Origin: Clostridia bacterium
GTDB taxonomy: Bacteria > Bacillota > Clostridia > Christensenellales > UBA1242
Length of the DNA stretch: 64,000 nucleotides
NCBI GenBank assembly: GCA_016297845.1
Contig: JAEDFV010000001.1
Coordinates: 80 to 64,079, forward strand
Reading direction: 5' to 3'
Below the pieces are notes generated by a model, which was given only the letters and a program-made list of their open reading frames with translations, did not search any database and was not told the origin of the DNA. The position numbers and the translations under genes are program-made. The first letter of the stretch is position 1. Every line of letters begins with the position of its first letter. Below are positions 21,901-31,600 of this stretch, piece after piece.

Positions 21901-24900
21901 TAGACAGAAGGTTTGTTGAACTTCCAACAATTCCACCAACACAAGATTGTGTGTTAACTGAATCGACTGAATCGCAGGAAATTGTCATATTAACGTTTGC
22001 AGTTGCAAAACTGTTGTTAAATTCAACAAGCCCAGCTTCGATTGTTCTTTCAATTGTTCCATTATTTTGTCCAACTGCACCACCAACAGAGATTATTGAA
22101 GCGCTTATGCAACCTATTTCAAATTTTCCAGAAACAAGCATAGTTAATTTTGATGATGCTGTTATGTTGTTTAAAATAGTTCCGTTATTAACTCCAACAA
22201 CTCCGCCAAAATATAGAGTGTTGTTGCCAACAGAAATTGAACTGCCATTTTTAATTTCAACTGAAACATTTTCAATTGTTCCGCTGTTCTTTCCAGCAAA
22301 ACCTCCAATATAAATTGTTTTGCCTGTGTTTTCGCTGAAATCCAAATTGAATAAAACATCAAGTTTTATTCCAGAAATTGTTCCTGTTATTTCTTTAAAA
22401 AGTCCAATATAAACTTCATTGGTTGTGTTTGAACAACTTTCAAATTCTTTTGTGAATGTTGCGCTTTTCCCATCTTCTGATTTAATTGTCCCAGAAAGTG
22501 TTTTATTCGACCAATCATAGCCCGACAAGTCAAAATTTCCCGAAACAATATAATATTTTTCGAAATTAGTATTGACTAATTTTTCAATGTCATCAGCAGT
22601 CTTTATGTAATAAGGATAAGCTTCGCTTCCATCATTTATATTAACCGAAATGTCAACAAATGTTGAATAATCACTTACAGTTGAATAACTGTCAAGAGCG
22701 ATTAATCTTAATGTACCTTTTCCTGCAACGTCATTGTTTTTTAATTCAATTTTCAATCCAGTCTCAATTTTTGTTATTGAAATATCAGATTCATCAATTC
22801 CTTCGGTCGCTGGAATAAAGACATAGTTCCAGTTTTTGTTTGTTGCTTCAAGAGGGAAAATGGAAACAAGAACTTGGTCGTTGTTTGAATAAGGGTCAAG
22901 GTTAATTTGCGTCTTGTTCACAGATATAACATCAACTTTGTTTGCCTGTTTAACATTGAAATTAATGTTTTTGTAAACACTGGAATTTTCAACATCTTTT
23001 GAACGAGAAACGCTTGCTGAGAGTGTAACTCTTCCCAAACGTAAATTTCCATCGTCATCAAAAAGATTTCCATCATTAACCTTGCAGGTAATTATTCCCA
23101 TGCCTGCATTTTCGCCTCTCTTGAAAAATTCAAAAGTGAAAACATCACATGTGTAAACATCGCTGTCTACATTTTCAACTTTTGCAAGTTCTCCAACATT
23201 AGTCGTCCAAACAACTGCATCAAAAATGTCTTGTTTAATCGAAGTTGGAACAACGTTTAAATATATGTTTGCAGTTGCAAGATTTTTTGAGAAATACCCA
23301 ACTGATGTGTAATCATATAAACTGAAATTGGTTGAACCTTTGCTTGTCGAAATGGAAAGCGAACTTATTTCAGTTATGGCTGACATTAAAATCATACCGT
23401 TTGCATTCTCAGTTACAGAAACTATTTCTCCGCTTTCATTAACTTTGTTAAATGTGATTTCAACTGTAAGTTCTTTTTTCGAAAATTCGTTTTCAAAAAT
23501 CAATTTTCCGTTTGTAGGAGTTTCAATTACAGTTCCATCAATTTTCAATTTGTATGTAAAATCACCACTCGCAGAAATTAATAGTGGGACTGCCGAATTA
23601 GTTTTAACAATTGCATATTGGTCATATGTTTTTTCGTTATAAACATAGTTAGACAAAACAGCAGTTAAACTTGAATTTTGACTTACCTCAGGGAAAGAAA
23701 TTTCAGCATTTGAAACACTTTGAATAACGTTGTAGTTAAAGGTTATTTTCACACCATTTCCAAGAACAACCTCAAAACTTCCAAACCCTGTGTCTATTGC
23801 AGTAAGTTTGATTTTTTCACCATCTTTAATCACTTGTAAAATTCCACTTGATGAAATCACAGTGAAATCTGACAATGCCCCAAGCGAAGCACTGCCTGCA
23901 AATCCACACACTTCAAGTTCAAGTGTTTTTCTTGAATTGTAAACTTCTTGACCCAAAACTTTTCCGCTTGTGTTAAGGTCAAAATTGTAATTATTTATTG
24001 ATTCAATTCCAGAAATAAGTTTAACATTTGTAGGTGAATTTTGAACATTGAAATTGTAGGTTTTTTCAGTGACAAAATCCACTCCCTCAAACGTAAATGA
24101 AATTTTTGCTTTTACGTTGTAGGTTTTAGGCGTAACACCTAAGTTTGCTTTAACACAGAATGTTTCTCCACTTGAAAAAGTAAGTGTTTGTTTTTGTGTG
24201 CCCGTTCGTGTCATGAGAATGAACTTACCAAGATCAGCATCTTCAAATTCAAGTGAAATTGTCGATTGCGAGAATAAATCACTTCTGCCAATCGAAATTG
24301 TTAAACCTGTTCCATAACTTCCACTGTAGTAGTCATATATCAAGAATTCTTCACTTTCTTTCGTTTCACCAAGCTTTTTGAGTTCAATCAAACTTGATGC
24401 AGTTTTGAATTCAACGGTTGTTTTTAGACTTTCGCTGTATTCATACTCTCCAACTTTGAAAGTGAATTTCACGTCATATTCAGAATATCCTTCATACTTA
24501 AATTCAAATTCAAATACATACGTTGAAAATTGTTCTCGTGAAGTGTCAACAAGATTTTTAAATTTTGATGTTGCAAAATTGTTTTGAGTTATTTGTTCAA
24601 GGTTTGTTGGAATGATATATATCCCAATTTCTTGACCTTTTGAGAAAGCTTTGGCAGAAATCTCCAAATCTTTCTCATCACAATCAAGAGTTACATAGAC
24701 CTTTCGAACTCCATATGAAACACCTTCTTTAGATGTAACATTTTGTATAACCGTCAATGTCTCGCCAAGTTCGGCATAACTTTCAATACCAGAATTGTCA
24801 TAAACTGTCTTTTTAAGCCCCATACTTTCCAAGCTGTCAACAACAACAACTGAAATTGTATCAAGCGCTTCTGTCCCAACAAGTCGAATTGCTCTGACAG

Positions 24901-25627
24901 AAATTTCGCGACTAGATTCAATAACTCCCGTAACTCCCTCACCGTCTGATGTTGAAAGAACGGTTTTTCCGTTGTTGGTCAAACTCACGTCGCCATCGAA
25001 AAATTCTAGGTCACGCATATTGGATTCAAGAGGATAGAAATTGAAATAGTTCTCGGGATTTATTTCAAGAGTTTTTCCTTTTTCAAGATAGATTATTGCA
25101 TTTGTTTTTGCAGAAAAATTTTCAAGTTTTGAAAAACATTTAACAACAAATGATGTCGTTTTCCCAAATTGCCCAGTTTTAACAAAAACTTCGGCAGTGC
25201 CCGCAGAATTTGCAGTTATTGTAACTTTTGCCTTTCCGTTTGATAGATATTCAACTTTTGAAATCGAAACACAGTTTGAATCAGTTGAGAAAAAGACATC
25301 TTTTCCCATTCCTTCAAAATAACCGCCAATTTGAACAGTAATTTCTCTTGAAGCAAATTGTTCATTGCCAACAATGAGAGAAACAGCATTTTGTGATGAA
25401 ATCAAACCAAGATAGGTTTTTCCTTGAGTAAACAAATCCTTTTCCGAAGACGACAATCGCAGTTCGTCAGAGAAATCGTTTTTCAGAGTGGTGGAAAGTT
25501 GAGTATCAAGCCCGTCTGAAACGTAGATTGATACATTTTCCCCAGAATTTTCTCCGCAAGAAACTAGGGTCACCCCACAAACTGCGACCAGAATCAAAAT
25601 TATTAAACTAAAAATTCTTTTTCTCAT
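15980..25627 (-). CDS. giant surface lipoprotein C, 3215 aa (Ig-like repeats plus three GLUG-type glycine-repeat arrays)
   Basis: 9,648-nt uninterrupted ORF. SD GGAGGA lies 4 nt upstream of the ATG. Lipoprotein signal MRKRIFSLIILILVAVCGVTLVSC|G. The N-terminal ~1000 aa are beta-rich Ig-like repeats. Three modules each start with a header such as YPYYIKTADDIEKL / NPYPIYSYEDMLDM...YILMNDIPL / NPYIISSQDDLEFL. Each header is followed by many units such as NVGGVVGNNSGTIENC and QVGGLVGINNGDITNS. Confidence 0.85.
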   Translation of the reverse strand: MRKRIFSLIILILVAVCGVTLVSCGENSGENVSIYVSDGLDTQLSTTLKNDFSDELRLSSSEKDLFTQGKTYLGLISSQNAVSLIVGNEQFASREITVQIGGYFEGMGKDVFFSTDSNCVSISKVEYLSNGKAKVTITANSAGTAEVFVKTGQFGKTTSFVVKCFSKLENFSAKTNAIIYLEKGKTLEINPENYFNFYPLESNMRDLEFFDGDVSLTNNGKTVLSTSDGEGVTGVIESSREISVRAIRLVGTEALDTISVVVVDSLESMGLKKTVYDNSGIESYAELGETLTVIQNVTSKEGVSYGVRKVYVTLDCDEKDLEISAKAFSKGQEIGIYIIPTNLEQITQNNFATSKFKNLVDTSREQFSTYVFEFEFKYEGYSEYDVKFTFKVGEYEYSESLKTTVEFKTASSLIELKKLGETKESEEFLIYDYYSGSYGTGLTISIGRSDLFSQSTISLEFEDADLGKFILMTRTGTQKQTLTFSSGETFCVKANLGVTPKTYNVKAKISFTFEGVDFVTEKTYNFNVQNSPTNVKLISGIESINNYNFDLNTSGKVLGQEVYNSRKTLELEVCGFAGSASLGALSDFTVISSSGILQVIKDGEKIKLTAIDTGFGSFEVVLGNGVKITFNYNVIQSVSNAEISFPEVSQNSSLTAVLSNYVYNEKTYDQYAIVKTNSAVPLLISASGDFTYKLKIDGTVIETPTNGKLIFENEFSKKELTVEITFNKVNESGEIVSVTENANGMILMSAITEISSLSISTSKGSTNFSLYDYTSVGYFSKNLATANIYLNVVPTSIKQDIFDAVVWTTNVGELAKVENVDSDVYTCDVFTFEFFKRGENAGMGIITCKVNDGNLFDDDGNLRLGRVTLSASVSRSKDVENSSVYKNINFNVKQANKVDVISVNKTQINLDPYSNNDQVLVSIFPLEATNKNWNYVFIPATEGIDESDISITKIETGLKIELKNNDVAGKGTLRLIALDSYSTVSDYSTFVDISVNINDGSEAYPYYIKTADDIEKLVNTNFEKYYIVSGNFDLSGYDWSNKTLSGTIKSEDGKSATFTKEFESCSNTTNEVYIGLFKEITGTISGIKLDVLFNLDFSENTGKTIYIGGFAGKNSGTIENVSVEIKNGSSISVGNNTLYFGGVVGVNNGTILNNITASSKLTMLVSGKFEIGCISASIISVGGAVGQNNGTIERTIEAGLVEFNNSFATANVNMTISCDSVDSVNTQSCVGGIVGSSTNLLSNLESVGTITASNFDNVGGVVGNNSGTIENCLSQAVVVGHDNVGGAVGTNSGTISGMIVESLEKKSGVTLISGNNNVGGIVGNMTGGSLGSSSFISYLSDTNAVDISSSNKYGFIVGAKTGGTIDYVVAIADGNGVSQFEITDTERNYAIYKKGDNNPTKSYGVAENKLKTEIKEVEGFGFIFLPTATINMMLTEEGEKFELSSSSLDGKVAFYIFLHDKNGDYIEKQISSMLTTSLGNRYLIESSNNEILAISNGKLVPKSIGETKLIVSSPYVTGSQEIYVKVISFANNISVYLDSTKATEIENDSTVVFDAELSKILYLSLLDKYNLKNFDIPTDIKMLFKIVVGGETKYIKPGEEILDLALKLVQNDPETYQISVNGNTGEYNVTILPYIEFVGEDGKTYFKILDLEVDEKSKKEINSKFVFENTTKGINISKNKIETEPYYVTDMNVSLDSINENEEVTISIKELDENGNILVDPGTLYLELIVQCGEDSLTNKSGESYGDTLSFHINCKVNSNFTIKFKLDENGKTISSAKTFKITITASNGVSSSMTITYQPQSVISVYTNLFPTISKDEEKYNFSGRFSYIPSGVIIPGQHSLLELSITPYFTYFKTVEIVNVEGNEYDLAFDLFDRVLDAPLSGAKRISNGISIPKSLIQNGKFYVRAFADQRMSDNSQVALKVIFRDENGNQIGDEVLLNFFVERLPGVILTVDGVSSGNNENNPVKLAQGVSYDLDVDVKGFTFGTFTTSGSIITDGQVCFELSGNASGFVSIVKNDDGTYKLVIKDALPSGERTLMIKSYGLDIDGEKSQEAILYIELEQFVVKENNLSDIVSNVFNNIYASAIGNSYTFEISLNSDILIYNKSNETIRNNVLKFLSDLSVGNETELVWSFRESTGTWNTIIGNKNFKDGVGNTKVYTTSKGGFKISYNETTKKIVIKFMKVHTPSAPDLEIKFSAKFYYNDNGIPSLYTEDVIGKNLYTLSQIFTFDISEKTSLRNPYPIYSYEDMLDMREGNYYILMNDIPLPDDFTPIETLIGGFNGNNYKITLPREYSLKSEETKSIKFGLFKITAQNTLLQNIVIFVNENTNFNFYDYTSVTFGLLVGENNGKITNCSVQGEQYAIMNLNLFGIPDSTEVGNQVGGLVGINNGDITNSHIETGLSLNATNLSTSGYLPANLGGITAINGGSGSIASSYVKARIENNTAGSVSAITGGVVGVNQLGGTIFTTYITSGYTDADMFPDEVAGVNIIYSTASAGAFVYENYGEISNCYSNIPVKTNESASGFVFNNQSEGKITHCYSTSALESSAKNGVFIGILTGISENSILNSGELEACFALESGNFNKGLGSNKGVEGLEILQTENDFSDSDKFEKYAFSNTADKTEGVWFWANGSLGEVDFCNEKGEYLTFSTKAPQLVSPNILTYGHKKLVDTYFDSATETTTYIYEDEEKNPEGSKFNPYIISSQDDLEFLISSSSGFTSGVIIKDLYCRLIGDIIYETSTVSSGLYQYTFLGNLEGNGYTIGNYVLDSGAKLDNAGFFGTIGLASQKVGSIKNLTFAPRYISLANCNNVGAVAGTVYGATLVNIVIDGATYAVELEGVTVLGKNAVGGICGVAEGEFNFNNIISSISVNASYRASLNNHPIREYLNGNSNQVSYAGMIAGIVNGYGRVVFASVYGNNVSAAENAGLMFGYIGKNVIVQNLEAIGAQGQKVKADVYGGVVAGHNLGTIEDVKIVGDDGSAYLGFFGSENFSPNAIGNIAGYMSNGTIKNVYVNTKLKAKIDVGALGGAVGLMSAGRIENVIIIGEIIGGNKIGGLVGQIKNLDSSSYKISIIDSFHSGAITSTSSEVITSVGTVVGYISGYVEDMINCKVVSPDSGVNSELTKTINIILTSAFKDDIQQKLSDGSYLTKIVINNYSISESLQVWYGIGIYEYKTTYKKGLLSDASLDIYKISSDNETIYIPLSAKYTLNGEKRPK

Positions 25628-25645
25628 ATCGTCCTCCGTTAGTTG

Positions 25646-28600
25646 TTAACAAAGTTTTTTAAACTTAGCATCGTTCTTTGTTGAAATTGTAACTTTTTGA
25701 TTATTAGCATCAACAACAGTTCGTTCAAGTGTATACAATTCAATATTTGTATCTTCTAAAACAAATTCTTTGCCATTAATTAGCGCCTGAACTTGACCAA
25801 TTACTCCTGAAAAATAGTTATTTGAATAATAGTTATAGTTCCACTTTGATACATTGTGACCACTCGTGGTGAAAACTAAAACATTCGCTCCATCGTCGAT
25901 TTTATAATATGTAACTGTATCACCCCCTCCGGACGGAGTTCCACTGCCTGAACTATAAGTTCCAGTAAACGATGCTATTATTTTCTTTCCTCCAACATTT
26001 TCTGAAACCCCAACAACATACGCATCACTGTCAGTTGTTAATACAGAATCATCTGCAAATAAGTTTTGGTTCGACCCAAAGTAAATTTTGTGGCCGTTGC
26101 CGTTAAACGTTCCAGTAAATCCAGAAACCGGCTTCCAAACATATTTGCTAAGGTCTACGTCAGACATAAGATTGATTGTTTTATCTTTATGATTATAAAG
26201 CGCATACGCTAAACCTGCACCAGTGTAGACGTTGATGCTTACATCATGCAATGAGTAGTCTAATCCCCGTTTAGCTTCATCATAGTTATATTTCGCTGGG
26301 AATATTCCAATCAGTGTATTCCAATAATTCGAAAAACTTTGACCAGTGGTGTTTTCTGGCGTATAGGACCCAGTTACTGTCCCAGAGTTATAGCATTGAT
26401 TAGCTTTTAAATCGAATCGTGAACAAAAGTACACAGACATTGTTATAGTATATATCCCAGGACCTTTATATTCAAATTTGCAAGATATCGAATATCTATA
26501 ATTTGTCTCATCTATATCAACGTTTGATTTAGTATAACTATAACCATTCCCTTCATTATACAAATTAGTACGTACAAGTTCTGTGCCCTTAACAAAGATT
26601 GCACCTTGAACTGGTGATAGGTTGGTACCTTCCTGATATACTCTTACTTCAAATGGAATACCTTCTATTTCAAAGTAACCTGCCTGTTTGCCAACGTTAC
26701 CAGACATAGTACAATCCATTTTTTCTTCAACGAATCCATCCTTATGTCCAAAATAATCTCCAACAATTCCGCCAACCCATATAGAACCAGTAATGCTTCC
26801 AAAGTTTGCACAGTTTGTAATTGAAACAGTACTGCTACTTGGAACCTTTCCCACAATTCCGCCGGCATTTCCTTTTGCAGAAGCTGTGACTGAGCCGAAG
26901 TTTCGGCAACCAGAGATTGTTCCGGCAGTCATCTCAAAAACAATTCCCCCTGCATTTGCCCCACCTGAAACGGTGTTATAGTTTTGGCAGTTTTTAATAG
27001 TTCCGCTGTTAGAGTTGACCAGCCCAGCATCTGTGCAAGTTGCACCCGAAACAATTATTCCTGAAAGCGTTCCAGAGTTTGAGTCAATAACGGAATCTAT
27101 AGAACTAGGAGCATACACAAGTGCCAAGTTTTTGATTGTTCCCTTGTTCTCATTGGCAAATTGAACAGCATTAAGGCCATATATATGATAGCCCTGCCCG
27201 TTAATTATTCCTGAGTTGGTTGTGATTGTTTTCCAATCAGTCATGCTCATATCTGTCATGAAAGCGTAATTGTTGCCTTTATTGATTGTTTTCCCGCTCA
27301 TCAACTTCAAGAAGCCAACATGAGGGAGATAGAAAGGGCCGTCATCGTCTTTTGTTTTAATGTCTAAATATTCGAATCCTTTGTAAGCTTTTAACCCAGC
27401 TACGTCACCAGCTTTGAAAGTTGGATAACCAAAATTGTACCCGGAGTTTTTTATCCAAACAAGACCGTTTGAATCACTTAGGGGAATTTGATTCGTACCG
27501 CTTAAATCCCCAATTTTGCAAACTGAATTTGAGGTTTCTTCTCCGGTTCCTGAACTTGAATTTGAAAAATTTTCAACTGCGTCTGAGTCGTAGAAGAAGT
27601 TAGAAACTATATTTTGGCCATTTGCAACACTGTTGGATTCTGCTTGCTTAATTGCCGTGAATGAGTTGTAAACTATGCCTTTGCTTGGAGCGGAAGGTGA
27701 TCCATCTCCATTGCAGAATGCATATTGCGCGCCGGAGTGAACAGCACCTGTTGAGTAGCAGTTTTCGATAACTCCTGTGTTGTTTCCAATAAATCCTGCA
27801 TAAGCAGATTTAACGTTCAACACAACACCAGTGTCTGCAATTTTTCCTGTGTTCGTTCCTACAACACCAGCAACAACGGTTCCTTGAATCGTGCCAAATT
27901 CAGCAGCGAGAAGTTTGAAATCATTACCTGTGTAGCCCGAAACTTCAACAGAAAGAGCAAAAATAATTCCTTTGTTTTTGTCTGCCACGCCCGATGGAAC
28001 ACCATTTTCCACACTTGTGACATTTCCTTTGCTGTCCGTTCCATTAAATTGCTTTGAAGTGAATTTGATTTTCACACCAGAGATGTAACCGTTTATTGTT
28101 CCAAAAATGGATTGTTCTCCCGAAGCAGTGATTGTATGTCCATCACCAACCAAGTGACCATTGAGTTCAACTGCGGAAGGTTTATTTATAGAACCTAATG
28201 TGCGGTCATTAGTTAAAACATAATAACCTTCGCCTAAACCTGCAGTTAATGAAGGGTTTTCATGAGGCTTAAGTTTTGTGCCTTTTTCTTCTCCAACTTC
28301 ACCGTTCAAAGGTTTGTCGTCACCAGTGAGTTCTGACAAAATATTGCTATAATACAAATTTTTCCCTTTCGCGTCTGTTGCAAGATTGATTTGGTGGCAG
28401 TAGTAATTGCCATCACTAACATAGTCCTCACTATGTGTATTACCTACAATTGCACAAATTTTTGAGTTGTTTGCTGTTGCGAAAACATACATTGAAGTTA
28501 AACTGTAGTTTCCAGTTATTGAGCCTTCTATATCTCCAATATTTCCAACATAACCAACAATTCCGCCAACATTAAGAGCAGACAATTTTGACCAAGAAGG

Positions 28601-31600
28601 ATTATCTTTTTTACCAATTTCAATATTTCCCCAAGCGTAGTTTGTCGAAACTGAATATCCTTCACCGCTACCGGCGTCAATCCAACCAACAATTCCGCCA
28701 ACGTAAAGACTAGCACTAAGTTTTGCATTAATTTTTATATCTCCAGAGACTTTTGATTCTTTAATTGATGCTTTAGGTCCCATAAACCCTACAATTCCGC
28801 CAGCATAACATTTCCCGGATTCTGGGATAGTTAAATCAATTGTCCCCGAATATTTAGAGTTTGAAATAGTTGATTTGTTTGTCGAGTTTAAATGACCAAT
28901 TATCCCGCCAACATAAATAACAAAAATCTTTTGAGAATTTCCTTCTGCTGTAACTTTCAAGTCGCTTCCAAATTGAACATTTTCAACTTTAGAAGAACCC
29001 ACAATCAAACCGAAAAGTCCGCCAACTGATGATGGTAATGGGTTTCCTTCTGAATCTACAACTTCTGAAGCAACAAGTTGCAATGACAAAGGCTCATCTC
29101 CGTCTTTTTTGCCTTTAAGAGTGACATCAACATTGTTGAATTGAGTAACATTGCTTACTTGACCTGCAATTCCACCAAGATTTATTAAATTTATTGTTTT
29201 GTTTTCTGCTTGATAGATTGAACCATCAACTTTAACTTTCCAATTTTCATCAATTTTGGTTGAAAGGGTGTTGATTCGACCAAACAGCAAACCGACATTG
29301 GCAGTTTTGCTTTGTCCAAGTTCAATTGAAACCTTTGTCAAAATTGTATCGCTTACAAGACTTTCAATTTCAGAACTATTTTTGTCATATGCTTTTCCAT
29401 ATCCAGTTTTGTCTGAAACAATTGCTGTTGTTCCTTGAGCATAGCCAACATATCCGCCAGCATAAACTTCTTTTTGCTTTTCGGACTCAGAATCTGTAAT
29501 GTCTTGAACAGTGATTGTTGTTTCTGAAACATTGTTATAACTGTAATTAATTGACCCTGATGTTTCTCCGAACATTCCGCCAACATAGACCATATCTAAT
29601 GGAGTATTTGGAGTTGTAACAGAACATTTATCCACTTTCACAAGCGAAATTTCAGCAATTGCGTTGGTGTTATTATCAAATCTTCCTGCAACAATTCCGG
29701 CATAAACAACCAAATAGGAATTATAGTTTTCTGTTGTTTCATTTTTCCCAGTACTTTGGTTCCATCCCTTACTATACGTGGTTTCTGTAATTTGTTCGCC
29801 ATCTGATGTTGAGGTTATTTTGCAGTTTGAAATTGTTATATTTCCGAAATCTACAACTCCAATAATTTCCCCAGCAACAACGCCAATTTTAGCTTGAGGG
29901 CTATTGATTGTTATATTTTGGAAAGTAATGTCTGAAATTTGAGATTGCGCTGTCATTGTGTTAGCAAGAACTGCAGTTGCAACGTTTGAACTTTCAGTTA
30001 CTCCATCAACCTTTCCGTCAAAAGTCAATTTCGAAATTTTTGCTCCAGCAATGTTATCAAAGAACGCACGAGTCATTCCAGTTAAAATTATTGCGCCTTC
30101 TTTTTCTCCATACATTGTTCCAAAGAATTTTGAGAAATATGCACCTTCATATGAATTTTGTAAACTTCCTTCAATCGCACTGAAATTAAAAATCAATTTC
30201 TCACCATCTACGGTTAAGCCCGCAAGTTCAGATGCTTCAAATTCACCATATGTTGATGATTTACCAGGTTCGTAAGTATAAGGGTTAAAAGTTGTTGTTG
30301 GGTTATCCCCAAAGATTACAACATTATCTCTCTTATAATAACGAGACAACTTCAAGATATCTGTTGGTTTTTCGATATAAAGAACTTTCGCCGTAACTCC
30401 AAAATAGATTGTTGGAAGAATTCTATCTTCTCTAAGTTCCCATGCACTTGGGTCCCAGAAGCTTCCAAGGAACATTTTGTTGATAACAGGGCTGTCAAGT
30501 TCAAAACCCTTATAATCGCTCATTGTAAACGTCAAGTTGTCTGCAAATTTATTTTCTTCTTCTTCTGCAGGAGGATTTCCGTCAACTTCGCCAAGAACAA
30601 AATTATATCCTGAATATTTGAATGTTTTGTTTGCAAAGACGGCTTTATCACCAGGTTGATTATAGTACAAAATTGAATAATCGCCTTTTTCTTTTTCGCC
30701 TTCATAATTTGTTCCAACAAGAGCGCTAAGCGTTTTAAGATTTATTGTTTGAACTTTGTTATTCTCTTCATTAAATTCATATGTTGCAATTTCATTATCG
30801 CCAACCTTTTCATTATCGCCAACCTTATATGTTGATGTATCTATGTAATAAGTTTTTCCTGACGTTGAGAAAGTTATTGCATTCTTTGATAGGTCATATA
30901 ATTTACCATCTTTTCCCTCTTTCATCACAACAACTTTACTTGTTCCACTTGGATAATAGTATTGTGCAACGTAGTTTTCGTCGTTTGCCAGTTGTTCTCG
31001 TGTAAGGAGAGTTCTATTACTACCATTTGTCATGTAACAAGTTTTTCCGAAAACTTCAAATTTGGCAACTTTGCCTTTGTAAGTGGAGCCTTCAATATCG
31101 TTATTAGAATCATAACCAACAATTTGAATTCCAATTTTAGCAACCTTATATGTTAATGTATCTATGTAATAAGTTTTTCCTAACGGGTTAAAAGTTACTT
31201 TATTTCCTGATGGGTCATATAATTCACCATCTTCGTCCTCGTACATCACAACAACAACTTCAGTTGTTCCATCTTCAGTTGTTTCATCAAGATAATAGTA
31301 TTGTGCAACATAGTCTTTGCCGTTTGCCAGCTGTTCTCGTATAAGGAGAGTTCTTACATCGCCTTCTTTCACGTAATTTGTCACGTAACATGTTTTTCCG
31401 AAAACTTCAAATTTTCCAACTTTGCCTTCGTAAGTGGAGCCTTTAATACCGTCATTAGAATCATAACCAACAATTGGAATTCCAGTTTTAGCAACTTCTT
31501 CCTTGCTGACAATATGCAAAACAAGAGTTTCGGTTGCTGAGATTTTTAAAGTGAAATCTCTGTAATCATAGGTTTTTTCATTATTTTCACCACTATATTC

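Noticed and set aside
21603-22313. A 236-aa plus-strand ORF (P/T-rich: ...IVPLLFPTTPPTLSKLE...) and many other 60-120-aa plus-strand ORFs inside the giant genes.
   Set aside because: They are codon-aligned antisense shadows of the GG-x-x-G-x-N-x-G repeats (GGN/GTN/AAT codons give NCC/NAC/ATT, with no TTA/CTA/TCA). They have no SD or promoter and show low-complexity periodicity that mirrors the sense repeats. Unlike the IS1 ORF, they have no recognisable family.
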